DNA of 64,000 nucleotides from Syntrophorhabdaceae bacterium (GCA_963665295.1 OY762209.1:5344001-5408000), one strand, 5' to 3'; positions 1 through 11,507 are shown, counted from the first letter of the stretch. Made by a program: numbers and translations. The notes: a model not told the origin generated them from the sequence alone.

Positions 1-83
1 AGTTGCACCGCGTGAACGACGCGCTGCTGAAGGAACACTACCGTGGGGACGGGAAGAACCCCGCCTCCACCGATCCCGCGTAA
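1..83 (+). CDS. 3' end of V/A-type ATP synthase subunit B (partial)
   Basis: Frame from nt 3 reads LHRVNDALLKEHYRGDGKNPASTDPA*, resembling the subunit B C-terminus; lies directly before subunit D, the usual A-B-D order. Confidence 0.6.
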   Translation, partial: LHRVNDALLKEHYRGDGKNPASTDPA

Positions 84-109
84 GGAGGTCCGGCGAAACT
101 GAGCGGCCT

Positions 110-757
110 ATGGGAAAACTGAATGTAGCACCCACAAAATCGAATCTCCTTTCATTGAAGCGGCAGCTTGCCTTTGCCGAAGAAGGCTACGACCTGCTGG
201 AGCAGAAGCGCCAGATCCTGATCTTCGAACTCATGAGCCGCCTCGGCCGCGCCCGCGACGCGGAGCGCGATGCCGCCGAAGCGCTGCGAGGCGCCTTTGC
301 CGCCCTCAGGGAGGCCCGGCTGGACGGAGGCTCGGAGGCGCTTGACCGCGCCGCTCTCGCGGTCAGCATGGATCACGAGATCAGCCTGTCTCACCAGCAC
401 CTGATGGGCATGAAGATTCCTCGCGCCACGGTGCGCACGGAGCCGGTAGGCGTCCGGTTCGGCCTGGGCGGGACCACGGCCAACACCGATATCGCCATGA
501 GCCGCTTCATCGAAGCCCTCCCCCTCCTCGTCCAACTGGCGGAACTCGAAACCGCGGTCATGCGTCTCGCCCGGGACCTCCGCAAAACTCAACGCCGATG
601 CAACGCGCTCTCCAAAATATTCATGCCCGACTACCGCGAAACGATCAAATATATCACGGGTGCCCTGGAGGAACGGGAGCGGGAATCCCTCGTCATCATG
701 AAGATGATCCGAAACCGCCTCAGGGATCCGCCCTCCGGAAATAATGGAGGCCCCTGA
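110..757 (+). CDS. ntpD: V/A-type ATP synthase subunit D
   Basis: N-terminal APTKSNLL...GYDLLEQKR and C-terminal KTQRRCNAL...LEERERE motifs of subunit D. Confidence 0.92.
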   Translation: MGKLNVAPTKSNLLSLKRQLAFAEEGYDLLEQKRQILIFELMSRLGRARDAERDAAEALRGAFAALREARLDGGSEALDRAALAVSMDHEISLSHQHLMGMKIPRATVRTEPVGVRFGLGGTTANTDIAMSRFIEALPLLVQLAELETAVMRLARDLRKTQRRCNALSKIFMPDYRETIKYITGALEERERESLVIMKMIRNRLRDPPSGNNGGP

Positions 758-1005
758 CCCCGATCCCCGGCGCGCTCTCCCCGCGCGTTCAGCCCCTGAC
801 CGACCCTGCAAGCAGATCTGTCTATTCTCCATCAGGCCACGCCGACTTCATCGGTGGAGAAGGGGTGAAGGGCCGCGGAAGAGTGCTTGACACGCGCGCC
901 CCTGTCTGCTTAAATTGGATTCAAAGAAAACGGTCGAGGAGATAGGGGCAGCCTTCGATAGGAATATCGTTTCCGCGCCGTCATCGCGCCGGGAAGGAGC
1001 AAAGT

Positions 1006-1551
1006 ATGAGCAAGTTGAAATGTCTCAGCCGGTCTATCGCTGTGGTCCTGGGGTTTTTCCTCTGGACAGCAGGGGTCCATGCCATTGATTCAGACGTGAC
1101 AAGAAGCACCCTGAGCGGCATTCAGGGAGTCAATGTGGTCGTTGAGGAACTGCAGCCGAACCTTCAAAAATATGCGTCCAAATTCGGCCTCCAGAAAGAG
1201 AAGGTGAAAGCGGACGTGGAAGCTTCTTTAAGAAACGCGGGCATTGAGGTGCTGAACTACGACCAGTGGCTCAAGGCGCCGGGGCGACCCTTTCTCTATG
1301 TCGTCATCAACACCCATGAGTACGAGAAATACTGGTATGCTTATGCTCTCAAGGTAGAACTGCGACAGAGCGTGCTCCTGGAACTTAACCCGTCCATAAC
1401 GACCATGGCGGGAACATGGGGAATCAATATGGCGGGGACCACGAATGTGGGGAAGCTGAATACAATCAAGGAAGGGCTGAACGTGCTTATGGCAAAGTTC
1501 ATAGAGGCCTATCAAAGGGCGAATGCAAAGGACCCTGGTTTGAAGAAGTGA
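1006..1551 (+). CDS. Hypothetical exported protein
   Basis: 181 aa; AAGGAG RBS; N-terminal signal peptide ending VHA; TTGACA about 115 nt upstream. Confidence 0.75.
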   Translation: MSKLKCLSRSIAVVLGFFLWTAGVHAIDSDVTRSTLSGIQGVNVVVEELQPNLQKYASKFGLQKEKVKADVEASLRNAGIEVLNYDQWLKAPGRPFLYVVINTHEYEKYWYAYALKVELRQSVLLELNPSITTMAGTWGINMAGTTNVGKLNTIKEGLNVLMAKFIEAYQRANAKDPGLKK

Positions 1552-1629
1552 GATCCCGGGCACGGGGAAACAGGTCCCGGCCCCGAAGCGCCGGCGCGTG
1601 CCGGCGCGTGGTCGGGTGAAGCCTCCGGC

Positions 1630-2376
1630 TTATCTCCCGAAGACCGTTTTCAGAAGGTCCGTGGTCCTCGCGGCAGGGTTGGTCCTGATCTTCTTTTCCT
1701 CCTGACCCACCATAACAAATAGCCCGTCTAGGGCCTTGTTGGTCACGTAGTTGTCGAGATCCATCGATTCCTTGCTGATGAAGGGGACTGCATCGGCCTT
1801 CCCCATCATTTCCTTGTAGGCCCTCGTTACTCCGACCTGATTCATGGATGTGGAGACAACAGGTTTGAACTCATCCCGGAGCCTCGCCGAGGTTTTTGCC
1901 TTGAAGAAGTCCGTGGCTGCGGTGTTCCCTCCCTGGAGGATCTTCCGTGCGTCGTCGAAGTTCATGTTCTTTATGGCATCCACGAACAGGGCGGCCGCCT
2001 TGGGAGCCGCTTTTTCCGCGGCACGGTTCATGGAGAGGACAAAATCGTCGACCTGTTTCTGGTAACCCACTTTGCCGAGGGCATTGGCCATCATTTGAAC
2101 GTTCTCAGGAAGAACAATCTTGATCAACTGGTTGCTGAAGTAGCCGTCGGTCCTCGACACCGCTTTCACCGCGTTGCCCGTCCCTATTTCAAGGGCTTCC
2201 TTGAGGCCGGACACCGTAGTCTTGTTATCAGGACCTGCAACAGGGCCGGAAGATACCTGACCGGGAAGCTTTGCCGCACCCTTGAGCATGTCGTCAAGGC
2301 CGACCGGGTAACCGGAAGACACCAGGACCAACGAAAATAAGACCATTGAAAACATCGCGAAGAACACTCTTTTCAT
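1630..2376 (-). CDS. DUF4197 family exported protein
   Basis: [27 protein letters not shown]...EEKKIRTNP motifs; start at MKRVFF after AGGAGGT RBS. Confidence 0.85.
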   Translation of the reverse strand: MKRVFFAMFSMVLFSLVLVSSGYPVGLDDMLKGAAKLPGQVSSGPVAGPDNKTTVSGLKEALEIGTGNAVKAVSRTDGYFSNQLIKIVLPENVQMMANALGKVGYQKQVDDFVLSMNRAAEKAAPKAAALFVDAIKNMNFDDARKILQGGNTAATDFFKAKTSARLRDEFKPVVSTSMNQVGVTRAYKEMMGKADAVPFISKESMDLDNYVTNKALDGLFVMVGQEEKKIRTNPAARTTDLLKTVFGR

Positions 2377-2630
2377 CTTGACCTCCTTCAATCTTCTGCT
2401 CCTGTCGGGGTCCTGCACCTCCCCCTTATGTAGAGTATATACCGGCCGCCCGTAATGTAAAGCAAAACCCACCACGCCCGATAAGGCCCGTTCATAGCGG
2501 CTCCCGCCGCTGCCTCGCGCCCCCGCGCCTTTTGGACGTTCTCATGGGCACAATCCTTTTTTCACGGTCCGCCGGCTTTTCCGACGGCCCGGAACAGGAC
2601 GAAGGTTTTCACGCGGGAGAATCCGCGCCT

Positions 2631-3899
2631 TTACGCCTCGCCCGTTTCTTCCGGTTCGGGCAATTCCAGTGCCTTGATCGTCCCTATGGCCTTTCCCGCG
2701 ATCCCCTTGATGGAGCTATACATGTGGTTGGTGTTGAGGAGGACTTTCTGAATCTGCTTCTCCCGTTTCTTCCATATCCCCTCCATAGCCCTCTTCTCGC
2801 TGTCCATGTCCGTCTTCATCTGGGTGAAGCCCTCGACAATGGCCTCCACCTGCATACGGAATTCGGCGCCCGTCAGAAAATCATAGAGCATGTTCATCTT
2901 GTCGCCCTTGTTCTCCTGGGTCGTCACCGCGTCGCTTATGAGGACCACCGCCTCCCTCAAGACAAAACAAAGGGCCTTGAACTCTTCGAAGGTGCAGATC
3001 CATATCCCTTCCCTCTGTCCAAGGCGCTCCATCTCCTTAGGCAGGGCGTCGGTAACGAGCACGCCGAAGGTGGCGCCCTTGTCGCGCATGTCGGCCTTGA
3101 ACTTCTCAATCCATGTAGGCTGGAAGTCTTTCGTCCTCTTGCTCTCATAGTAAATGGACCCGCAGTTCTGCCTGGACCGGGTGTTGACCGCCTGGAAACA
3201 GTCCGCTCCCCGGACTCCTTTCTTTATCTCATCTATCGTATCGAGGGGAAAGTTGGCTCTCAGCCACTCTTCGATGGCCAACTCCTGGACCTCCCCCTGC
3301 ACCTGCATAGACCCCTGCTCCGCTTTACGCTGGGCCTCCTTGAGTTGCTGGTTCAACTGGTCTATCACATGGTCCTTCTCGGATATCTTGAGCCGGACCT
3401 TCTCCTCCACGGACTTCCTGATCTTTTCCCTTTCCTCGCTCACGGTTTCCGTGATCCTCCGCTCCGCCTCAGCCTCGATCTTCTCCTTCAATTCCGCTTT
3501 CTCGCGGGTGATCTTTTCCAGTTCGGCCCTGGTCTTGTGGAGGTCTTTCGCCTCTTCGATCTTCCGGTCGAGTTGTTCCTTGTAGGACTTTATCTCTTCC
3601 GACTTTTCCTCTCCGATCTGGTCGCGGAGTTTTCGCTCCAGCATCGATTTCTCGGCGTTCAGTTTCTTCCTCACGCCTCTTTCTATGGTCTCCTCGATCT
3701 CCTTCTTCTCATGGTCGAGGGACTCCTTCTCCCGGGCAAGCTCGCAGGACTTCTCGTCGTAAAGCTTCTGCTGCTCCAGGAGTTTCGCCGTGTATTCCTT
3801 CTTTATCTCCTCCTGAAGCTGGTGATAGAGAATTTCGTTCACATCGATCTCTTTGCCGCAGTTCGGACATTTGATGTGGGTGTTTTCCTGTGCCGTCAT
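2631..3899 (-). CDS. DUF2130 domain coiled-coil protein
   Basis: N-terminal IKCPNCG zinc knuckle, long coiled coil, QGSMQVQGEVQEL, IYYESKRTK motifs. Confidence 0.85.
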   Translation of the reverse strand: MTAQENTHIKCPNCGKEIDVNEILYHQLQEEIKKEYTAKLLEQQKLYDEKSCELAREKESLDHEKKEIEETIERGVRKKLNAEKSMLERKLRDQIGEEKSEEIKSYKEQLDRKIEEAKDLHKTRAELEKITREKAELKEKIEAEAERRITETVSEEREKIRKSVEEKVRLKISEKDHVIDQLNQQLKEAQRKAEQGSMQVQGEVQELAIEEWLRANFPLDTIDEIKKGVRGADCFQAVNTRSRQNCGSIYYESKRTKDFQPTWIEKFKADMRDKGATFGVLVTDALPKEMERLGQREGIWICTFEEFKALCFVLREAVVLISDAVTTQENKGDKMNMLYDFLTGAEFRMQVEAIVEGFTQMKTDMDSEKRAMEGIWKKREKQIQKVLLNTNHMYSSIKGIAGKAIGTIKALELPEPEETGEA

Positions 3900-4128
3900 T
3901 TGTTTTCCTTCTTTCAGGGTTATGGGGATAAGATGCGTTCCGACGCGGGAAATTCCCGCATCCGCGCCTTCCCCTGTAAGGGCTCTCTTCATTGTGACAT
4001 TGTAGGGAAGGGGTTGTCAAACAGGTTGCGGGGAACGAGGGGTCTTTCTCGCGTGCGTCACCGGCGGGCGAAGGGGTCTATGACGGGAACCTCCCGGCGG
4101 GCATACTTCCGCCGGGAGGTCGTTATTT

Positions 4129-5754
4129 TCACGTCTTGAACTGGTTTGCCATACTCTGGAGGTCTTCGCTCAGCCTGGAGAGTTCCCGGGAGGCCCCCGA
4201 AACCCCGCCGGAAGCCTGGGATGTCTCGCGCGATATGTGGGCAATGGATTCTATGTCCGTACTGATCTGTTCGGAGGTGGACGACATCTCCTCGATGGCG
4301 GAGGCGATCTGCTGCACCATGAACTGGAGGTCTTCCACGTTCTTGACAATCGTCTTCAACTCATCACCCGCCTTCGTGGAGAGTTGCACCCCGTTGTCCA
4401 CATTGGAGCTTACGAGTCCGATAGACGAGACGGCGCTCTTCACCTTGTTCTGGATTTCCTCCACGATGCCGTTTACTTCCGACGTGGCCCCCGTGGTCCT
4501 TTCCGCGAGTTTTCTCACCTCGTCGGCAACCACCGCGAAACCTCTCCCGTGTTCCCCAGCCCGCGCCGCCTCTATAGCCGCGTTGAGGGCCAGAAGGTTC
4601 GTCTGGTCGGCGATCTCGTTGATAATCCCGATGATCTCCCCCACTCTGTGAGACAGTTCAGTGAGTGATGTAATATGATCTACCGATTCATCCACCGTTT
4701 CGGCGATCTTTTTCACCTCGTACACGGCCTCTTCGACAATCTGTCCCCCTGCCCTCGCCGTGGAGGCGGCGTGAGTGGCGGTAGACGCGATATCCGAGGC
4801 GTTCTTGGCGATGTCTCCCACGGTTTGAGAAAGCTCCTCGGAGGCCGCAGCCACCTGTTGCGCCTTTTCGGCCTGGGTGCCGGACCCGCGCGACATCTGC
4901 TCCGCGCTGGCGCTCAGTTCCGCGCTCGATGACGCCACCGTGCTGGAGACCTGTTTCACGCTGTTGATAATATCCCTCCACTTCTCAAGCATCAGTCTGA
5001 CCGCCTCGGCCTCATCGCCGAACTCGTCTTTCCGGTCCACCCGGATATTGAGCGCGAGGTTGCCGCCCACGAGGAGATTCGCGGTCTTTATGCTGCGGCC
5101 GATGGGGACCGTGATGCTTCTTACAAGCAGGTACGTCACCGCGACGGCGAATACGATCGCCGCAACCCCCAGGCCGATAAGGACGAAGAAGGTAGTGCGG
5201 TACGAAGACTGGGCCTTTTCATAGCCCGCCATGATGCTCCGCTTATGGTGGTTCACCATCTGTTCCGCCGCTTCCGTAAGCTTGGCGGTGATCGCCCTGG
5301 TCTGGGTCATATATATAGTGGTTGCCTCGTCCATCTTGCCTGCCGCCGCCAGTTCCAGGGCCTTGTTGTTCGCTGCTTTTCCCGATGCGAGGGATTCCTT
5401 CAGCTTTGCGATCAGTTCTTTACCCTGCTGTTGGTCCTCTACCTTTTCAAGGCTTTCCATGGCTACCCGGTAGTCCTCTCTGGCCCCGTGGACCGCCTGG
5501 ATCGCTTCCTCCCGCGCGGCCTGGTCTTTTGCGATAAGGAGGGTGAGCAGTCCCTTGTCGATCTGCTGTACCGCCTCCTTGACCGCCGCCGCCGCGAGCA
5601 TCTTCGTATTGTCAACCGTTACGAAATTCTTGAACTGGCTGTTGATTGCCCTGACACTGACCATGCCCGTAATGATGAGCACCACCATGGCCGCGACAAG
5701 GCCGCCGAAGCCCAGACTTAACCTTTTACCCACCCCCATATCTTTCAGCCTCAT
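4129..5754 (-). CDS. Methyl-accepting chemotaxis protein (4-helix sensor, HAMP)
   Basis: Two TM segments; [40 protein letters not shown] signalling hairpin. Confidence 0.97.
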   Translation of the reverse strand: MRLKDMGVGKRLSLGFGGLVAAMVVLIITGMVSVRAINSQFKNFVTVDNTKMLAAAAVKEAVQQIDKGLLTLLIAKDQAAREEAIQAVHGAREDYRVAMESLEKVEDQQQGKELIAKLKESLASGKAANNKALELAAAGKMDEATTIYMTQTRAITAKLTEAAEQMVNHHKRSIMAGYEKAQSSYRTTFFVLIGLGVAAIVFAVAVTYLLVRSITVPIGRSIKTANLLVGGNLALNIRVDRKDEFGDEAEAVRLMLEKWRDIINSVKQVSSTVASSSAELSASAEQMSRGSGTQAEKAQQVAAASEELSQTVGDIAKNASDIASTATHAASTARAGGQIVEEAVYEVKKIAETVDESVDHITSLTELSHRVGEIIGIINEIADQTNLLALNAAIEAARAGEHGRGFAVVADEVRKLAERTTGATSEVNGIVEEIQNKVKSAVSSIGLVSSNVDNGVQLSTKAGDELKTIVKNVEDLQFMVQQIASAIEEMSSTSEQISTDIESIAHISRETSQASGGVSGASRELSRLSEDLQSMANQFKT

Positions 5755-5872
5755 GACAAAACTCCTCCTTAGCGATAAATGTACTCGAAGCGCAAATCGG
5801 ATTTCTGCCGAAGTCCCGGAGGGACCATGTTCCGATTGGCGCCGCTCGATGTGTTTTCCTGTATTACTAGTC

Positions 5873-5899
5873 CTATCGGTCGATCCCGGCCATTCTTAA
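5873..5899 (-). promoter_or_regulatory. Putative sigma-28 (FliA) promoter of the MCP gene
   Basis: Minus strand TTAA-N15-ACCGATAG versus consensus TAAA-N15-GCCGATAA, about 120 nt upstream of an MCP. Confidence 0.6.
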
Positions 5900-6409
5900 G
5901 AAATAATTCACAACTTCTTTCGGGATGAGCCGTCCCGAATTCCCCGGGCAGCAGTGTCCCCCATCGTGCCTTCGCCCTGTCGGCACGATGGGAATGAGGA
6001 CGCCCTGGGCTTCACCGGCTATCCTGAATCAGGTGGCCGATTCACCCCGGGCGTCGGGGGGATTGCCTTCCCTTTGCGTCTTCTTCCTGATTACACATCC
6101 GTGGGGAATAAGACAATCCACAACCTCACCCGCGCCGGGAGGGAGTGCGCAGGTATAAGCTTCATAAGAAAGATCATTACCTTATGAGAGACCAGCCGCA
6201 CCGCGGCTTTACATCAAGCGTACAAAAGCAAAACCGGCCCACGAGGTTTTATTGTATTAAATAAAATACATTTTTCCCTCAAGTTTTCTTGACACTACCG
6301 TGCAGCTATGGTACACATTTCCGGACAGACCAGGATTGTGGCCGGACTTAGGACGAGCGCAGCCCCGCCGCGACTGGTCCCCCCAAAAAACCTTTCAAGG
6401 AGACTCGAT

Positions 6410-7915
6410 ATGAACATCGCGACGAATTTAGAGGCATCCCAGTTCTTCTTCCCTGACCGACCGGCCGTTCGGGAGGGAGGCGTGGATGTGACGTACACCC
6501 GCCTCAATGAGGAGGCAAACAGGGTAGCAACGGGCCTTATCAAACTAGGGGTAAACCCGGGCGACCTGGTGGCCGTCTGCGCAACGAACTCCTCCCAGTG
6601 GGTCTCGTTCTACTACGGCGTACTCAAGGCAGGCGCGGTAGCAGTTACCCTTTCCAGTGGTCTCACTCCCGATGAACTTACGCTCCTTCTCAACCATGCA
6701 AGGCCCCGCATCATCTTTACCGATCCCGTCAGAGTCAAGGACCTGAGGGGACCGAAGGCCCCGGAGACAATTGAAAAGATCATCTGCCAGGGCGGCGACA
6801 TGGATATGGCGGCCCTCATGGCAACGGGTTCTCCCTCCTTCAAGGCCATTGACCGGGACCGTGACGATACGGCAGCCGTCCTTTACACGGGAGGCACCAC
6901 GGGCATGCCGAAAGGTGTCATGCTGACTCACGAAGGCATCAATTTCACCTACCGCGCCGTTGCCTTCAGCGAACGGACCACACAGGAAGACTGCGCCCTC
7001 TGTTTTCTCCCTTTCAACCACGTGTTCGGTCAGAACCATATACTCGGTTCCACCATCCATAGCGGCGGCTGCGTGGAGATGCTCTCCGCCTTCGATGTGG
7101 AGCCCGCCCTCGAGGCAACAGCCTCCGGCCGGGTAACCAAGTTTTTTGCCGTGCCCACCATCTATGTCCGTCTCCTCACTGTCCCGAACCTCAAACAAAG
7201 ACTTGGGAAATTACGGTACTGTTTTTCCGCGGGTTCCAGCATGCCTCTCGAAGTAGTGCGGCAGTGGAAGGAGCAGACCGGCATCAACATTTCCGAGTCC
7301 TACGGAATGACGGAAGGTATTCCGGTAACCTTCAACCACTATTATCCGGAAAAACATGTGGTCGGTTCCGTGGGTACCCCCGTGCACAGCGTGGAAATCC
7401 AGATCAGAGACATCTCCGGAAATATCCTCGGAGAAGGCCAGGAAGGCGAGATATGCTTCAGGGGACGCAATCTCATGAAGGGGTACCTGAACAATCCCGA
7501 GGCCACGAAAGAGACTTTCTGGGAAAACGGCTGGCTCCGCACCGGTGACATCGGGTACTTTGACTCCGGTAATTTCTTCTACATTGTCGACCGCCTCAAA
7601 GACCTCATCATTACGGGTGGAGAGAACGTCTACCCCAGGGAAGTGGAAGAGGTGCTTTACACAAGGCCCGAGGTGCAGGAATGCGCGGTTATCGGACTCC
7701 CCGACAAACAGTGGGGCGAACGGGTGGCGGCTTTCATCGTGACGAAAGAGGGCAAGACCATCGCCACCGACGAATTGAAGGCTTACCTCAAATCCCGTCT
7801 CTCCCCGTACAAAGTCCCCAAGGAGTATGTAACCCTGGCGGAACTCCCGAAAAGCCCCGCGGGCAAGATACTGAAGCGGGAGATAAGAAAACAGTTCATC
7901 GACGCAAAGAAATAG
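6410..7915 (+). CDS. Acyl-CoA ligase (long-chain fatty acid-CoA ligase family)
   Basis: YTGGTTGMPKG AMP-binding loop, YGMTE, RTGD, PKSPAGK; start at MNIATN after AAGGAG. Confidence 0.93.
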   Translation: MNIATNLEASQFFFPDRPAVREGGVDVTYTRLNEEANRVATGLIKLGVNPGDLVAVCATNSSQWVSFYYGVLKAGAVAVTLSSGLTPDELTLLLNHARPRIIFTDPVRVKDLRGPKAPETIEKIICQGGDMDMAALMATGSPSFKAIDRDRDDTAAVLYTGGTTGMPKGVMLTHEGINFTYRAVAFSERTTQEDCALCFLPFNHVFGQNHILGSTIHSGGCVEMLSAFDVEPALEATASGRVTKFFAVPTIYVRLLTVPNLKQRLGKLRYCFSAGSSMPLEVVRQWKEQTGINISESYGMTEGIPVTFNHYYPEKHVVGSVGTPVHSVEIQIRDISGNILGEGQEGEICFRGRNLMKGYLNNPEATKETFWENGWLRTGDIGYFDSGNFFYIVDRLKDLIITGGENVYPREVEEVLYTRPEVQECAVIGLPDKQWGERVAAFIVTKEGKTIATDELKAYLKSRLSPYKVPKEYVTLAELPKSPAGKILKREIRKQFIDAKK

Positions 7916-7937
7916 TCTCACCGGTTCCGATCGGAAC

Positions 7938-7976
7938 ACGGGCCCCCGCGACTTCAGGGTTGCAGGGGCCCGTTTT
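7938..7976 (+). terminator. Putative intrinsic terminator
   Basis: ACGGGCCCC...GGGGCCCGT stem followed by a short T run just after the ligase stop. Confidence 0.55.
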
Positions 7977-8197
7977 ATATGAGCGTTCAACCCGTCACCC
8001 TGTACTTCAGGGGTGGGTCCAAAGCCTGAAAACAGGGCATTCTTCCGGATTTGTGAGCATTATCTCGCACAAACCGCCCGTGACCGGAATAGCGGCAATG
8101 TTTCACAACTACGTTATTTGTTCTCACACATCTGATATAATATTGTCAGCATACTGATGCATACCGAACCTATTTGTCGCCTGTAAGGAGGAGTGGC

Positions 8198-11100
8198 TTG
8201 AGTGATCCATCGAAGACAGGGAAGGAACCGATTGACGGGACATCCGTTTCGAGCAAGGGGATAGACAAAGAGAAAGGACCGGAAACCCGGCCCGGGCAGG
8301 CGGAGGTGACGCTTAGGGAGGACAAGGCCTTCCTGAACACGCTCCTCGATGCAATCCCTATTCCCGTATTCTACAAGGACAGGGATGGACGATATCGGGG
8401 ATTCAACAGGTCTTTCGAGACATTTTTCGGTACAACACGGGAACAACTGATCGGCAAGACCGTCTTCGAGGTCGGGCCCCCGGAGTTTGCGGCGTCCTAT
8501 GATGCCAAGGACACGGAACTCTTTGAAAACGGCGGGGTCCAACAATACGAGTCTCAGGTAAAGGACCACCGGGGCCTCACCCGTGACGTCATCTTCGACA
8601 AGGCGATTTTCACTGACAGCGAGGGGACCGTCAGCGGGCTGATCGGGACAATCCTTGATATTACGGAACGTAAACAGGCAGAGGAAGCTTTGAAGGACAG
8701 AGAAAAGGCGCTCCAGGCGCTTTTCGACGCCGTCCACGAAAGCATGGTGCTGATTGACCCGGAAGGCACGGTAATCCTGTCCAACGAAGTGGGCGCTCAA
8801 AGGTTGGGTACCACCGTTTCGGAGCTCCTGGGAGCCTGCCTCTATGACCATTTCCCTCCCGGCACCTCGGAATACAGAAAAGAGCGATACGAGAAAGTCG
8901 TGGCCACAGGAGAGCCCGTCTACTTTCAGGACTCCAGGCTGGGAAGGTTCTTCGAGCATTACTGTTACCCCGTGTTCGATGGGAAGAAGGTTGTATCGGG
9001 GGTAACCATCTTCGCCCACGAAATCACCGAACAGAAAAAAGCGGAAATTGACCTGCGGCACAACGCAACCCGGATGAAACACCTGCTGGAGATGACCAGG
9101 CTGCGCGGACGTTCACTCAGAGAGATCACCACATATGCCCTGGAGGCCTGCGTCACCCTGACGGAGAGCGAGTCCGGCTTCTTTCACTTCTATAATGAGG
9201 ATAGCGGCGAGATTACCCTTAACACGTGGTCAAGGAACGTCGAGTCCGGGTGTTCCGTAAACCAGGATCAACATTATCCCCTCGATAAGGCGGGAATATG
9301 GGCGGACTGCGTCCGCCTGCGCAAGCCGACCATCTATAACGATTATCCGAACACGCCGGAGAGAAAAGGTTATCCGTCCGGACATTTTCCGGTAAGAAGC
9401 TTCCTGTCCGTACCGGTCATGGAACAGGACAAAGTGGTCATGATCTGTGGGGTGGGAAATAAGGCGACCCCTTACACCCAGGCGGATATCGATGAAATTA
9501 CCTTGTTTATGTCCGGCGCGTGGACAACCATAAAGGAGATGAGGTCGGAAGAGGCACGGCGTGAAAGCGAGGAGAGGTATCGTAATTTCTTTATGACCTC
9601 CCGGGATGCTGTTTTCGTCACCTCTCCTTCCGGCGAATGGATCGATTTCAATGATGCCTCCCTGGAACTGTTCGGATATGAAAGCAGGGGGGAACTGTCA
9701 CACATGCCGGTTTCCCGGTTGTTCGAGCGGAAAGAGGACAGGTTACAGGTGCTTCGCCTCATCTCGGAGAAGGGATACGTACACGAATGTCCGGTTCGTC
9801 TGAAGACGAAGGACGGCGCGGTTATGGACGCGCTCATCACTGCGGTGCCCCTTCGGCGCGACGACGGTTCAATCAAGACCTTTGTCGGCACCATCCGGGA
9901 TATCACCGCCCGAAAAAAGATGGAGGAAAGTCTGAAGTCGAGCGAAGCGGAACTGAAGCTCACCATCGACGCTACCACGGACGGCATCTGGACATGGAAC
10001 CCGAAGACCCACCAACTTTGGTTCACGCCCAAATCTTACACCATGCTGGGATACGCACCCGGTGAGTTCGCGGCGACCTTCGGCAGCCTTGTGAAGATGA
10101 TGCACCCCGACGACATAAAGGATGCCTCGGAGGTGGTGAAGACCTTCCTCAAGACCAAGCCCGATGTCTATGAAAACGAGTTCCGCCTCCGTGCAAAAAA
10201 CGGGGACTACAGGTGGATTCTCGCAAAAGGGCATGTGGTGGAAAGAAATGAACAGGGTGAAGCCACGCGGATCATAGGAAGCCATACGGACATAACCGAA
10301 AGAAGGCAGGCGGAAGAGTCTCTCAGGGAGAGCGAGGCAAAGTACCGTTCTATCTTCGAAAATTCCCTTGAAGGCATATACCGGACCACCAGGTCGGGGA
10401 CCATTCTCATGGCAAACGCGGCGTTCTGCCATCAACTCGGCTACAGCTCTCTTGAAGAACTTGCGGCAATGGTCACGGATGTGGCCACCCAACTCTACGT
10501 GAACCCCGATGACCGTGACCGCCTCCTCGGCATGCTTGATGCGCAGACGGCCGTCAAAGGGTTTGAGACAAGGTTTTCCAAAAAAGATGGAACTATGATC
10601 TGGGTTCACATCAACATCATGGCGGTTCGGGACGAATCGGGGGATGTGCTTTATTACGAAGGCATAAATGAAGACGTTACCGACCATAAGGAAGCCCAGG
10701 AAAAGGCTGAAAAGAGTGCGGCGCAACTGCAGAAAGCCATGATGGAGACCATCCATGCCATAGTCTCCATGAGCGAGTTCAGGGACCCTTATACCGCGGG
10801 TCATCAGAACAGGGTTGCCGATATTGCCGCGGCCATAGCCACGGAGTTGGGCCTTTCGCAGGAACAGGTCAACGGGATCGGGATCGCGGGGCTTATCCAT
10901 GATGTCGGCAAGATATGCGTGCCCGCCGAGATACTCAGCAAACCCGGGATACTATCGCGCCTCGAAAAAAGCCTCATAGAATCCCACGTCATGGCCGGTT
11001 ATCAGATCATAAAGGACATCGAATTTCCGTGGCCCATACGCAAGGCGGTGCTTCAGCACCACGAGAGGCTTGACGGTTCCGGATACCCTTCCGGCATATC

Positions 11101-11326
11101 GGGTGAAGACATTGTCGTAGAGGCAAGAATCATCGCCGTCGCCGATGTGGTGGAGGCCATGTCTTCCCACCGCCCTTACCGGCCCTCCCGTGGAATCGAC
11201 CTGGCCCTGGAGGAGATTGAAAAAAATAAGGGTATACTCTATGACGAACGGGCGGTCGACGCGTGTGTCAAGCTGTTCCGCGAGCAGGGGTTCGTGTTTG
11301 AGGGGAATGAGCCCCGGCATACATGA
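8198..11326 (+). CDS. Multi-PAS/GAF HD-GYP phosphodiesterase
   Basis: Five PAS/PAC units, one GAF; HDVGK and HHERLDGSGYP; TTG start after AGGAGG (ORF is open from 8174). Confidence 0.92.
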   Translation: MSDPSKTGKEPIDGTSVSSKGIDKEKGPETRPGQAEVTLREDKAFLNTLLDAIPIPVFYKDRDGRYRGFNRSFETFFGTTREQLIGKTVFEVGPPEFAASYDAKDTELFENGGVQQYESQVKDHRGLTRDVIFDKAIFTDSEGTVSGLIGTILDITERKQAEEALKDREKALQALFDAVHESMVLIDPEGTVILSNEVGAQRLGTTVSELLGACLYDHFPPGTSEYRKERYEKVVATGEPVYFQDSRLGRFFEHYCYPVFDGKKVVSGVTIFAHEITEQKKAEIDLRHNATRMKHLLEMTRLRGRSLREITTYALEACVTLTESESGFFHFYNEDSGEITLNTWSRNVESGCSVNQDQHYPLDKAGIWADCVRLRKPTIYNDYPNTPERKGYPSGHFPVRSFLSVPVMEQDKVVMICGVGNKATPYTQADIDEITLFMSGAWTTIKEMRSEEARRESEERYRNFFMTSRDAVFVTSPSGEWIDFNDASLELFGYESRGELSHMPVSRLFERKEDRLQVLRLISEKGYVHECPVRLKTKDGAVMDALITAVPLRRDDGSIKTFVGTIRDITARKKMEESLKSSEAELKLTIDATTDGIWTWNPKTHQLWFTPKSYTMLGYAPGEFAATFGSLVKMMHPDDIKDASEVVKTFLKTKPDVYENEFRLRAKNGDYRWILAKGHVVERNEQGEATRIIGSHTDITERRQAEESLRESEAKYRSIFENSLEGIYRTTRSGTILMANAAFCHQLGYSSLEELAAMVTDVATQLYVNPDDRDRLLGMLDAQTAVKGFETRFSKKDGTMIWVHINIMAVRDESGDVLYYEGINEDVTDHKEAQEKAEKSAAQLQKAMMETIHAIVSMSEFRDPYTAGHQNRVADIAAAIATELGLSQEQVNGIGIAGLIHDVGKICVPAEILSKPGILSRLEKSLIESHVMAGYQIIKDIEFPWPIRKAVLQHHERLDGSGYPSGISGEDIVVEARIIAVADVVEAMSSHRPYRPSRGIDLALEEIEKNKGILYDERAVDACVKLFREQGFVFEGNEPRHT

Positions 11327-11507
11327 ACCACGCCATGCGTGGACCGGCGCAGGCGCGGTCCCCCGATTCCAGGCAGCCCGGGGCCGCTCTCGGGAAAATC
11401 ACTGAAAACCGCGACGAGGCCGGATCTAATCTTTGACAGCACCTGGCACGATGGTATAGATTTATTCCAACACCGAGTCAATTAAAGGCACATTTGCGGG
11501 GGATCAT

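Noticed and set aside
2458..2484. Sigma-28-like TAAA-N15-CCCGATAA on the plus strand
   Set aside because: No credible sense gene downstream; overlaps a plausible minus-strand sigma70 promoter for the DUF4197 gene; probably chance
2532..4139. 535-aa plus-strand ORF, and similar long antisense ORFs (15506-16720, 23514-25109, 44142-46004, 57567-58793, 61695-62978)
   Set aside because: Shadow frames of well-supported genes on the other strand in GC-rich DNA; no motifs
5760..6300. c-di-GMP or other riboswitch between the MCP and CoA ligase genes
   Set aside because: No recognisable aptamer core; only a weak TGTATT-N6-AATACA inverted repeat at 6253-6270 that I cannot assign
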